NCBI GenBank assembly: GCA_039919135.1
Contig: JBDSGF010000020.1
Span: forward strand, 1-28,585
Length of the DNA: 28,585 nucleotides
Direction of reading: 5' to 3'
Source: Candidatus Limnocylindria bacterium
GTDB lineage: Bacteria > Chloroflexota > Limnocylindria > QHBO01
The position numbers were made by a program, and so were the translations under genes. A model generated the notes under the pieces. That model saw only the letters and a program-made list of their open reading frames with translations, did not search any database and had not been told where the DNA came from. Below, piece after piece: positions 9,452 through 18,800 of the stretch. Within the stretch, counting starts at the first letter, position 1. The number at the start of each line of letters is the position of its first letter.

Positions 9452-10538
9452 CGGTTTTTTGAACCTCCTTCAGTGAGTGGGTGCGCCCCGGCATCGGTCC
9501 GCCGGTCGCGCCATTTCGGTCGGCGATGATCTCGGCCATGACCGCCAGGGCGATCTCGGCCGGCGCGCGCCCACCCAGGTCCAGGCCGATCGGCCCACGC
9601 AGGCGGATCAGTTCAGCATCGGTCAGGCCGGCGGCAAGTAGGCGCCTGCGCCGGTCGGCCTGCGTCTTGCGCGAGCCGATCGCGCCGACGTACCGGCAGC
9701 CGGCATGCAGGGCGGCGACGATCGCTGGCTCGTCGAGCTTGGAGTCATGGCTGAGGATGGCCACGCTGTCATGCGGATGGAGGCCGATCGTCGCAAACGC
9801 GTCCTCCGGCCAGGCCACGTGTACCTCGTCGGCGTCATCGGTACGTTCCTTCGAGGCGAACGTGGCACGGCGGTCGACGAGAACGGAGCGGAAGCCGAGC
9901 TCGCGGGCGAAGCGCAGGAGCGGCAACGCGGCGTGGACCGCGCCCACCACCACCAGGCGCGGCGGCGCCGGAAAGGCCTCGACGAACCACTGGCGGTCGG
10001 TCGCGTCGCGGACAACCGACGAGGTCCCATCGTCCAGGGCGGCGGTGACGGCGTCTCGTAACGCCTGCGGTGCGCCGGCCGTATCACGGACGAGGAGCGC
10101 TGCGCCGGGTGGTTCGCCGGGCCCGGTGGTGACGGGCACCAGCTCGTCGTCGGGGGTATCCGCCGGCAGGGAGGTGAGGAGCGCGGCGCCATCCGCCTCG
10201 GCCGCGGCGACCGCCTCCGGCCGCACCTCGGGCTCGACGAGAACGTCGATGATCCCGCCGCACGCGAGGCCCACGTCCCACGCCAGCTCGTCGCTGATCC
10301 CGTAGCGGATGACGCGGACGCGTCCGTCACGCCGGGCCCGGCGCACCTCGTCGGCGGCAGCGCCCTCGACGCACCCGCCGCTCACCGAGCCGTCAAGCCG
10401 GCCGTCGTCGGTGGCGAGCAGGACGGCGCCGGGCGCGCGAGGAGAGGAATGGAAGGCGCGGATGAGCGTGGCGCGGCCGATCCCGACGCCATCGGCCTGC
10501 CAGGCGCGGAGGGTGGGAAGGAGCTCGCGGAGGCTCAC
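9429..10538 (-). CDS. XdhC/CoxF family Moco-insertion chaperone
   Basis: SSPRAPGA, GSVSGGCVEGA, GLACGG.IDV, LSHDSKLD, YVGAIGSR, GPIGLDLGGRAPAEIALAVMAEI. Confidence 0.9.
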   Translation of the reverse strand: MSLRELLPTLRAWQADGVGIGRATLIRAFHSSPRAPGAVLLATDDGRLDGSVSGGCVEGAAADEVRRARRDGRVRVIRYGISDELAWDVGLACGGIIDVLVEPEVRPEAVAAAEADGAALLTSLPADTPDDELVPVTTGPGEPPGAALLVRDTAGAPQALRDAVTAALDDGTSSVVRDATDRQWFVEAFPAPPRLVVVGAVHAALPLLRFARELGFRSVLVDRRATFASKERTDDADEVHVAWPEDAFATIGLHPHDSVAILSHDSKLDEPAIVAALHAGCRYVGAIGSRKTQADRRRRLLAAGLTDAELIRLRGPIGLDLGGRAPAEIALAVMAEIIADRNGATGGPMPGRTHSLKEVQKTDAVLRQR

Positions 10539-11674
10539 GCCACACGCGCCGGCGCAGGGGCACTCAGCAGCGCGCCGAGCGCCTCCAGGTCGGCCAGCCT
10601 TGAAGCGGGGAGAAAGCGATCCACGTGCGGCAATGCCGCCGCCATTCCACCGGCCAGCGGCTCATAGTCCGCGGCGCCGGCGAGCGGGTTGAGCCAGACC
10701 AGCTCGTGGCAGCGCCGCGCCAGCCGCGCGGTCTCGACCGCGATCAGCTCAGCCTTGCCGTGGTCCCAGCCGTCCGACAGCACCACCACCACGCCGCTTC
10801 CGGGCAGGACACGGCGCGCCCAGCGTCGGTTGAAGGTGCCGAAGGCCCGCCCGATGTGCGTGCCGCCGGCACCGAAGGCAGCCTCGGAACCGATGCGCTG
10901 CAGCGCACGATCCGCGTCGCGATCGCGAAGCATGAGGGTCACCCGGGTGAGCTGGGTCCCGAAGACGAAGGCCTCGGTTCGTGTCGGTGTTCGGGCAATG
11001 GCGTGGACGAAGCGTAGGAGGAGCCGGGCATAGCGCTCCATGGACCCGGAGATGTCGATGAGCGCGACGATCGGTCGCGGACGGTGCATCGGGCGCTGCC
11101 AGGCCCACGCAAGTGGCTCGCCACCGGTCGCCAGGTTCCGGCGCAACATGATCCGCGGGTCGAGGCGCCGACCGTGCGCGTGCGGCTCATGCCTGCGCGT
11201 GCGTCGCATGGCGAGGCGCGGTACCAGCGCGCCGATCATCCGTTCAGCGTCCCGCAGCTCATCGGAGGTCATCTCGGCGAAGGACCGATGACGCGTCACG
11301 TCGGCCGGAGACCAGCCCACGCGCCGGATCAGGTCGCCCTCCTCGACGCCCTCGTCTGCATCCGCACTTGCCTGCTCGCCAGCTATTGGGGGGCTCGCCC
11401 CGCGCGGCGTACCCGCCTCGACGAGCCCGGGATTGGCGCGCGCGCGCCACCAGCGGGTGAAGACCTCGTGATAGGCCGGAAGCTCGTCGCGGCGGCGCAC
11501 GAAACAGGCGGCGCCGGCGGCGCGCACCTGCCCGCGATCGCCGATCTCGACCAGCGTCAGCGACCGCGCGAAGTCCATGGCCGATGTCAGATCGCCGGAA
11601 AGGCCGGCCGCCCACAGCTCCCGACCGAATCCGACGGCAGAGCGCAGCAGCGCCGTGCCGCTGATCTCAGCCAT
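10535..11674 (-). CDS. coxE: CoxE VWA-domain protein
   Basis: MIDAS-type DISGSMERY, FVFGTQLTRVT, GGTHIG, VVLSDGWD, VWLNPL. Start placed at ATG 11674, overlapping the coxD stop. Confidence 0.88.
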   Translation of the reverse strand: MAEISGTALLRSAVGFGRELWAAGLSGDLTSAMDFARSLTLVEIGDRGQVRAAGAACFVRRRDELPAYHEVFTRWWRARANPGLVEAGTPRGASPPIAGEQASADADEGVEEGDLIRRVGWSPADVTRHRSFAEMTSDELRDAERMIGALVPRLAMRRTRRHEPHAHGRRLDPRIMLRRNLATGGEPLAWAWQRPMHRPRPIVALIDISGSMERYARLLLRFVHAIARTPTRTEAFVFGTQLTRVTLMLRDRDADRALQRIGSEAAFGAGGTHIGRAFGTFNRRWARRVLPGSGVVVVLSDGWDHGKAELIAVETARLARRCHELVWLNPLAGAADYEPLAGGMAAALPHVDRFLPASRLADLEALGALLSAPAPARVA

Positions 11675-12566
11675 GCGCGACGACCTCGTCGAGATAAGCG
11701 CGCGCCGTTGCCCCACGCACCGAGCGCACGTCCTCCTCGACCTTCAGCACGACGCCGAGCGTGTCGTCGATGATCTGTCCGTCCAGGTCGGTGGCGCCGA
11801 GCGCCATGAGCGCGGCCGCCCAATCGAGCGTCTCCGCCACCCCGGGCAGCTTGGCGAGGTCCGCGGCGCGCAGGCGGCCGATGAAGCCGACCACCTGCCG
11901 CGCCAGTTGTTCGGGGACGTCCGGCAGCCGCGCTGTGATGATTGCCAGCTCACGCGCCGCATCGGGATAGTCGATCCAGTGGTAAAGGCAGCGCCGCTTG
12001 AGCGCGTCGTGCACTTCCCGCGTCCGGTTGCTGGTGAGGATCACCCGCGGCGGCCGCTCGGCCCGGATGGTACCCAGCTCGGGGATGGTGATGGCGAAGT
12101 CGCTGAGCAGCTCGAGCAGGTAGGCCTCGAACTCCGCATCGGCGCGGTCGATCTCGTCAATGAGCAGCAGCGGCGGCTCGCCGTCGGCCGTCGCCTCAAG
12201 CGCGGCAAGCAATGGACGCCGGATCAGGAACTCGCGGCTGAAGATGTCCTGCGGAGTCGGCGCATGGCCCGCGCCGCCTGCCTCGAGCAGCCGAATCTCG
12301 AGCATCTGGCGCGGGTAGTTCCACTCGTAGACGGCGGTCGAGACATCGAGTCCCTCGTAGCACTGAAGGCGGATCAACGGTGACCCCAGCGCATCGGCCA
12401 GCGAGCGCGCCAGCTCGGTCTTGCCAACCCCGGCCTCACCCTCGAGCAGCAGAGGACGCTCCAGCTTGAGCGCCAGAAAGGTCGCCGTTGCCAGGGCCCG
12501 ATCGCAGACGTAGCCCTGGGCCGCGAGAGCCGGCGCGACATCGGTGATCTCGCGAATTTCGCTCAT
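11667..12566 (-). CDS. coxD: CoxD MoxR-family AAA+ ATPase
   Basis: Walker A LEGEAGVGKT, LQCYEGLD, Walker B LLIDEIDRAD, TSNRTREVHDALKRRC. Start placed at ATG 12566 (MSEIRE). Confidence 0.9.
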   Translation of the reverse strand: MSEIREITDVAPALAAQGYVCDRALATATFLALKLERPLLLEGEAGVGKTELARSLADALGSPLIRLQCYEGLDVSTAVYEWNYPRQMLEIRLLEAGGAGHAPTPQDIFSREFLIRRPLLAALEATADGEPPLLLIDEIDRADAEFEAYLLELLSDFAITIPELGTIRAERPPRVILTSNRTREVHDALKRRCLYHWIDYPDAARELAIITARLPDVPEQLARQVVGFIGRLRAADLAKLPGVAETLDWAAALMALGATDLDGQIIDDTLGVVLKVEEDVRSVRGATARAYLDEVVAHG

Positions 12567-12576
12567 GACGGACGGG

Positions 12577-13410
12577 TCAGCTCGCCGCGTCGAGCGCGGC
12601 CTGGACTGCCCTCCGTACCTGGATCGCGGCCAGGCTGGACCGATACTCCGCGTCCGCGTGGATGTCCGTCGCCACCGTCTGGCCGTCGGTGGCATGCGCG
12701 GCAGCCGTGGCCGGATCGGCGCCGCCGGCCAGCGCCTCCTCCACCGCCGTCGCGCGATATGGCATCTCGCCCACCCCGGCGATGGCAACTCGGGCGTGGC
12801 CATCTCCCACCACCGCAGCCACGGCGGCCAGCGAATAGCCGCTGGCCGCCTGCGAGAGCGACGACCACGCGGTGGTGACTCCCTTCGGCAGATCAGGCAG
12901 CCGAAGCGCGGTGATCAGCTCGCCATCGGCCAGGCCGGTGGTGAAGGCGCCGTCGAAGAAGCCATCGAGCGGCGTGCTGCGCTCGCCGTCGACCCCGCTG
13001 ATCAGCACCTCGGCGTCGAGGGCCAGGGCGACGGCCGGAAAGTCGAGGGCGGGATCGGCATGCGCGATCGCCCCGCCCACCGTGCCACGGTTTCGGATCT
13101 GGGTGTCGCCGATGTCGTTGATGGCGTCGACCAGGAGCGGAAAGGCTGCGCACAGCTCGTCATGGTCGAGCAGGTCGCGGTAGGTGGTCAGCGCGCCGAT
13201 GCGCCAGCCGTCGCCGTCGCGGCTGATGCCGGCCAGCTCACGCAGCCCGCCGATGTCGACGAGGCGCCCAGGCTGCGCCAGGCGGAACCTGATCAGCGGG
13301 ATGAGGCTCTGGCCGCCAGCCAGAACCTTCGAGTCGGTGGACTCGGAGAGCAGGGTCAGCGCCTCGTCCAGCGACGACGCGCGGACGTAGTCGAACGCGG
13401 CCGGGATCAC
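12577..13410 (-). CDS. coxM: Cox medium subunit (FAD-binding, xanthine dehydrogenase family M)
   Basis: MIPAAFDY, LAGGQSLIP, QIRNRGTVGGAIAHADP, DIHADAEYR. Confidence 0.92.
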   Translation of the reverse strand: MIPAAFDYVRASSLDEALTLLSESTDSKVLAGGQSLIPLIRFRLAQPGRLVDIGGLRELAGISRDGDGWRIGALTTYRDLLDHDELCAAFPLLVDAINDIGDTQIRNRGTVGGAIAHADPALDFPAVALALDAEVLISGVDGERSTPLDGFFDGAFTTGLADGELITALRLPDLPKGVTTAWSSLSQAASGYSLAAVAAVVGDGHARVAIAGVGEMPYRATAVEEALAGGADPATAAAHATDGQTVATDIHADAEYRSSLAAIQVRRAVQAALDAAS

Positions 13411-15857
13411 GAACGCACCTCCGGGTTGGTCGAGTCGCCGTTGGCCCGCGCGTCACGCATGGCGCGCCATACGCGCTGCGGGGTGAGCGGCATATCCAGA
13501 TGACGGATGCCCAGTGGACTGAGCGCGTCGACAACCGCGTTCACGACCGCCGGCGTGCTGGCGATGGTGCCGGCCTCGCCCACGCCCTTGACCCCGAGCG
13601 CGTTGATGGGCGAGGGTGTCACCGTCTCGTCGAGCTCCAGCTCAGGGAACCACGAGGCGCGCGGCAGCGCATAGTCCATCATCGAGCCGCTGATGAGCTG
13701 GCCGTCGTCGTCGTACACGGCGCCCTCCCACAGGGCCTGGCCCACGCCCTGCGCGATTCCACCATGGATCTGGCCGTCCACGATGAGCGGGTTGATCTTC
13801 TTGCCCACGTCGTCGACGGCGACGTAGCGCACCAGGTCGACCTTGCCGGTCTCCTTGTCGACCTCGACCATCGCGATATGGGTACCGAACGGCCAGGTGC
13901 AGTCGGGCGCGTCGTAATAGGCGGTCTCGTCGAGATACGGCTCCATGCCCTCAGGCAGGTCGTAGCCGACGTGCGCGGCCAGCGCCACCTCTGCGATCGT
14001 CTTGACCTTGTCCGGCGAGCCCTTCACGCGGGCGCCACCGTCGACGTACTCCATGTCATCCGGGCTCGCCTCGAGCATGTGCGCGGCGAGCCGCTTTGCC
14101 TTCTCCTTGATCTTCTGCACAGCGGTGTAAGCCGCCATGCCGCCCACCGCAGCCGATCGGCTTCCGTACGACCCGTAGCCGAACGGGGTTCCGGAGGTGT
14201 CGCCCTGCTCGACCAGCACGTCCTCGACCGGGACGCCGAGCCCGGTGGCCACGATCTGGGCCATGGTCGTCTCGTGCCCCTGGCCGTGCGACTGGGTGCC
14301 GATCGTGAGCACGACCTTGCCGGTCAGGTGAATGCGGATATTGGCCGACTCCCACATGGCTGCCCCCCAGCCCTCGCCGACGACGCCGATCCACTTCGAG
14401 GGTGCGACGCCGCACATCTCGATGTAGGTCGACAGGCCGATGCCCAGGTAGCGCCCGCGATCGGCCGCATCCTTGCGCCGAGTGTCGAGATCCGCGTAGC
14501 CGATCATCTCGAGCGCCCGGTCCAGCGCCGGCTCGTAGTTGCCGGAGTCGATCGCCAGCTCTACGCCGTTCCAGCTGCGATACAGGCCGGACGCATTCTT
14601 GTGCGGGAAGGAATCGTTCGGGAGGAAGTTGCGCCGCCGGACGTCGACTGGGTCGACGCCGGTCTCATCGGCCACGAGGTCCATGGCGCGCTCGAGCACG
14701 TAGGTCGCTTCGGGCCGCCCCGCCCCGCGGTAGGCATCCACGAAGACGGTGTTGGTGTAGGTGCCGATGACCTCGCAGAACACGTTCGGAATCTTGTACG
14801 GTCCGGACAGGAGCCGGCCATACAGGGTTGTCGGGATGCCGGGACCAATGGTCGACAGCCGCCCGCCCAGGTTGGCGTAGGTCTTGACGCGAAGCCCGGT
14901 GACCTCGCCGGCCTTGGTCGCACCGACCTCGATGTAGGTGATGTGGTCGCGGCCGTGGGTCGTGGCCTGGTAATTCTCCGAGCGCGTCTCGTACCACTTC
15001 ACCGGACGGCCGCCGAGCTTCTTCGAGGCCCACGCCACCAGCGCCCATTCGGGGTAGCAGAAGATCTTGGTGCCGAACGCACCGCCGACGTCGGGCGCAA
15101 TGCAGCGGAGCTTGTGCTCCGGGATTCCCATCACGAACGCAGTAATCAGCAGCCGCATGATGTGTGGCGTCTGGCTCGTCATCCAGATGGTGTACTCGTC
15201 GCCGCCGGCGTCCCAGCGGCCGATGGCGCCGCGCATGTCGATCGGGTTCGGGATGAGGCGCTGATTGACGAGTCGCTGGCGGATGACGACCTCGGCCCCG
15301 TCGATGGCCGCGGCGGTTCCGTCGGGGTCGCCGACCGACCAGGTGACGGCCACGTTGTTCGGCGCGTTCTCGTGCAGCTGCGGCGCCCCGTCTTCGGTCG
15401 CCTTCTCGGCGTCGACCACGGTCGGCAGCGGCTCCCAGTCGACGTCGATCGCCTCGCGCGCGTCGACCGCCTGCTCGGGCGTCTCGGCAATGACGACCGC
15501 GACGCCCTCGCCCGTCCATTTCACCTCATCGACGGCGAGGACGCGGGGCGTGTTGAGGTTATTCGTCACGCCGCCGACCTCGCCGCCCGACGCGCCGCCG
15601 GCGGCCCAGGCGCATGGCAGCGGGTTGAGCTCGGTCTCCATGTCCTTGCCCGTGAACACGGCGACCACGCCGGGCATTGCGGCCGCGGCAGAGGTGTCGA
15701 TCGAGATGATCTTCGCGTGCGCATACGGCGAGCGCAGGATTGCGGCATGGGTCATGCCGGGCAGCTTGATGTCGTCGAGGTAATTGCCGGCGCCGGTGAT
15801 GAAGCGCGGGTCTTCCTTGCGCTTCAGCGCAGCGCCGTGGGGGTTTGCAACGGCCAT
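13407..15857 (-). CDS. coxL: Form II CO dehydrogenase-like / molybdenum hydroxylase large subunit
   Basis: RKEDPRFITG, DVGGAFGTK, active-site loop AYRGAGR (14715-14735), HGQGHET, GSYGSRS, GQIHGGIAQG, GVKGVGEAG. Confidence 0.92.
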   Translation of the reverse strand: MAVANPHGAALKRKEDPRFITGAGNYLDDIKLPGMTHAAILRSPYAHAKIISIDTSAAAAMPGVVAVFTGKDMETELNPLPCAWAAGGASGGEVGGVTNNLNTPRVLAVDEVKWTGEGVAVVIAETPEQAVDAREAIDVDWEPLPTVVDAEKATEDGAPQLHENAPNNVAVTWSVGDPDGTAAAIDGAEVVIRQRLVNQRLIPNPIDMRGAIGRWDAGGDEYTIWMTSQTPHIMRLLITAFVMGIPEHKLRCIAPDVGGAFGTKIFCYPEWALVAWASKKLGGRPVKWYETRSENYQATTHGRDHITYIEVGATKAGEVTGLRVKTYANLGGRLSTIGPGIPTTLYGRLLSGPYKIPNVFCEVIGTYTNTVFVDAYRGAGRPEATYVLERAMDLVADETGVDPVDVRRRNFLPNDSFPHKNASGLYRSWNGVELAIDSGNYEPALDRALEMIGYADLDTRRKDAADRGRYLGIGLSTYIEMCGVAPSKWIGVVGEGWGAAMWESANIRIHLTGKVVLTIGTQSHGQGHETTMAQIVATGLGVPVEDVLVEQGDTSGTPFGYGSYGSRSAAVGGMAAYTAVQKIKEKAKRLAAHMLEASPDDMEYVDGGARVKGSPDKVKTIAEVALAAHVGYDLPEGMEPYLDETAYYDAPDCTWPFGTHIAMVEVDKETGKVDLVRYVAVDDVGKKINPLIVDGQIHGGIAQGVGQALWEGAVYDDDGQLISGSMMDYALPRASWFPELELDETVTPSPINALGVKGVGEAGTIASTPAVVNAVVDALSPLGIRHLDMPLTPQRVWRAMRDARANGDSTNPEVRS

Positions 15858-15880
15858 GGCGGCGGTGTCTCCTCTTGCGC

Positions 15881-16483
<603 letters not shown>

Positions 16484-16570
16484 CGGCAGCCTCCTCGGCA
16501 GAGCGGATGGCGCCGTCAGAGCAGAACGTCGTCTGTCCGTGGCGCGGAAGCACGGTCAGCTGGAGCGGCA

Positions 16571-16599
16571 ATGATGGATCGCGGCTGGGCATCGGTCAA
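16571..16599 (-). promoter_or_regulatory. Putative sigma70-type promoter of the cox operon
   Basis: Minus strand TTGACC (16599-16594), 17-nt spacer, CATCAT (16576-16571), about 90 nt upstream of coxS. Confidence 0.55.
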
Positions 16600-16635
16600 T
16601 ACGCACGGTGATGCGCTAGAGTCGGCGCCGGAACC

Positions 16636-17724
16636 ATGAGCGAGCTCACCGACGTCCTGGCTGCCATCACCACCCTCCACGCGCGCGGCGAGCGCATGGC
16701 GCTGGCTACGATCGTCAAGGTGAGCGGCTCGACGTACCGCCGTCCCGGCGCTCGGCTGCTCGTGCCCGAACAGGGTGCCTCCATCGGCAACGTCTCGGGC
16801 GGATGCCTGGAGGGGGACGTGGAGCGCATCGGCCACGAGGTGATGATCTCCGATCAGCCCCGGCTCGAGATCTTCGATCTCACCGCCGATGGTGACGAAG
16901 TGTGGGGCTTCGGCCTCGGCTGCAACGGCGCCATGGAGCTCTTCATCGAACCGGCCGAGCATGCCATCGCCACGGCCGCGGCGCTCCAGAGCGCCATCGA
17001 AGACGAGCGGGCGTGCTGCCTCGTCACCGTGCTCGCCTCGACCGTGGACGCCGTTTCGCCTGGCGCTCGGCTCCTTCGCAATGCCGACGGCAGCACTGAG
17101 GGCGGGCTTGGTGAGGCCAGGACCGATGCGACCGCGACTGCCCTCGCCGAGCGCGCTCTCGCTGCCGAGGCGAGCTCGGTCGAGGAGGTTGATGGCCTCC
17201 GGCTCTTTGTCGAGGTGCTCGAGCCACCGCCGCGCCTCCTCATCTGCGGTGCGGGCCACGACGCCGTACCCCTCGTGCGATACGCCTCGGAGCTCGGCTG
17301 GCGAGTGACGGTCGCCGACGTGCGGCGGCCCTTCCTCACCCACGAGCGCTTTCCGCAGGCGACGGCGTTCCTCGACGTCGACCCGGATCGCGTCGGCGAG
17401 GCGTTCGCGCCGGACCGCCGGGCGTCAGCGGTCCTGATGAGCCACAATTACCTGCGCGACGTCGAGTACCTCCGCTCCCTCCTCGGCGTGGAACTCGCGT
17501 ATCTCGGTGCCCTCGGCCCACGGAAGCGGACGCTCCAGCTCCTGCGTGACCTCGACCGGGTCGAAGCCATCGATCAGATCCACGCACCGGCCGGCCTCGA
17601 CATCGGCGGGGAGGGTCCTGAGGAGGTCGCCTGGGCGATCGTGGCCGAGATGCTCGCCGTTCGCCGCGGAAGGTCAGCCGGCTTCCTGCGCGACCGGCGC
17701 GCCCCCATCCACGCCAGCGACTGA
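16636..17724 (+). CDS. Second XdhC/CoxI-family protein
   Basis: GSTYRRPGARL, GNVSGGCLEGDV, GLGCNG, MSHNYLRD, YLGALGPRKR, APAGLDIGGEGPEEVAWAIVAE. Confidence 0.9.
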   Translation: MSELTDVLAAITTLHARGERMALATIVKVSGSTYRRPGARLLVPEQGASIGNVSGGCLEGDVERIGHEVMISDQPRLEIFDLTADGDEVWGFGLGCNGAMELFIEPAEHAIATAAALQSAIEDERACCLVTVLASTVDAVSPGARLLRNADGSTEGGLGEARTDATATALAERALAAEASSVEEVDGLRLFVEVLEPPPRLLICGAGHDAVPLVRYASELGWRVTVADVRRPFLTHERFPQATAFLDVDPDRVGEAFAPDRRASAVLMSHNYLRDVEYLRSLLGVELAYLGALGPRKRTLQLLRDLDRVEAIDQIHAPAGLDIGGEGPEEVAWAIVAEMLAVRRGRSAGFLRDRRAPIHASD

Positions 17725-17728
17725 AGAT

Positions 17729-18748
17729 CTACCCCCCGATGAAGCTCATCTCCACCTTCGGCAGGTCCACGGTTTCCAGGGTGCGCAGCTCCGAATAGCG
17801 ATCCGAGCGGCCGGTCCAGATGGCGCGCAGCGCATCGGCCAGGGAGGTGTCGTCAACGCCGGAGCGAAGCAGGCCGCGCAGATCGTGTCCGGCCGTCGCG
17901 AAGAGGCACGTGAAGAGGCGCCCGTCGGCGCTGAGGCGGGCACGGGTGCAGTCTCCGCAGAACGGCTGCGTCACGCTGCTGATGACACCGATCTCGCCGG
18001 CCCCGTCGCGGTACCGATAGCGCTGCGCGACCTCGCCGCGGTAGTCGGGATCGACCGGCTCGAGCGGCCAGCGCGCGTCGATAGCCGCGACGACCTCGGC
18101 GGCCGGCACGACATCATCAAGCCGCCAGCCATTGGAATGGCCGACGTCCATGTACTCGATGAAGCGCACGGTCGTATCGGTCCCGCGGAAGCGCTCCGCC
18201 AGGTCGAGCATGGCGTGCTCATTGAGCCCGCGCCGGATGACGGCGTTGAGCTTGATCGGTCCCAGCCCGGCTTCTTCCGCGGCCGCGATGCCGTCCAGAA
18301 CGCGTGAAACAGGGAATCCGACGTCGTTCATACGCATGAAGGTCTCATCGTCCAGCGCGTCGAGACTCACTGTCACCCGATGCAGGCTCGCATCGGCCAG
18401 CGCGCGCGCCTTGGTCGCCAGCAACGAGGCGTTGGTGGTCAGGGTCAGGTCCTCGATGCCCTCGATCCCGGCGAGCATCCGCACGAGGATCTCCAGGTTG
18501 CGGCGAACGAGCGGCTCGCCGCCGGTGAGGCGGACCTTCCGCACGCCCAGCGCGACCGACGCGCGCACCACGCGCTCGATCTCCTCGAAAGAGAGGATCT
18601 CCGTGCGCGGCAGGAATGCGTGATCCGGGCCGAACACCTCCTTGGGCATGCAGTACCCGCAACGGAAGTTGCACCGATCGGTGACGCTGATGCGCAGGTC
18701 GCGCATTGGTCTGCCGAGCGTGTCGAGGACTGTGAGCGGGGAGGTCAT
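17729..18748 (-). CDS. moaA: GTP 3',8-cyclase (molybdenum cofactor biosynthesis)
   Basis: LRISVTDRCNFRCGYCMP, RLTGGEPL, FCGDCTRARLSADG..FTCL, C-terminal GG. Confidence 0.95.
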   Translation of the reverse strand: MTSPLTVLDTLGRPMRDLRISVTDRCNFRCGYCMPKEVFGPDHAFLPRTEILSFEEIERVVRASVALGVRKVRLTGGEPLVRRNLEILVRMLAGIEGIEDLTLTTNASLLATKARALADASLHRVTVSLDALDDETFMRMNDVGFPVSRVLDGIAAAEEAGLGPIKLNAVIRRGLNEHAMLDLAERFRGTDTTVRFIEYMDVGHSNGWRLDDVVPAAEVVAAIDARWPLEPVDPDYRGEVAQRYRYRDGAGEIGVISSVTQPFCGDCTRARLSADGRLFTCLFATAGHDLRGLLRSGVDDTSLADALRAIWTGRSDRYSELRTLETVDLPKVEMSFIGG

Positions 18749-18800
18749 GGGCTGGTGATGGTCGCACTCGTTCGTCGAACGCGCAACGACGGGTGCCCGC

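Noticed and set aside
9429-9475. Frameshift at the T6 run in the coxF/coxG overlap
   Set aside because: The coxF frame is open to a stop and coxG has a strong RBS, so a simple 23-nt overlap explains it.
13407-15857. Bona fide form I aerobic CO dehydrogenase
   Set aside because: The loop is AYRGAGR rather than AYxCSFR, and the gene order is SLM rather than MSL.
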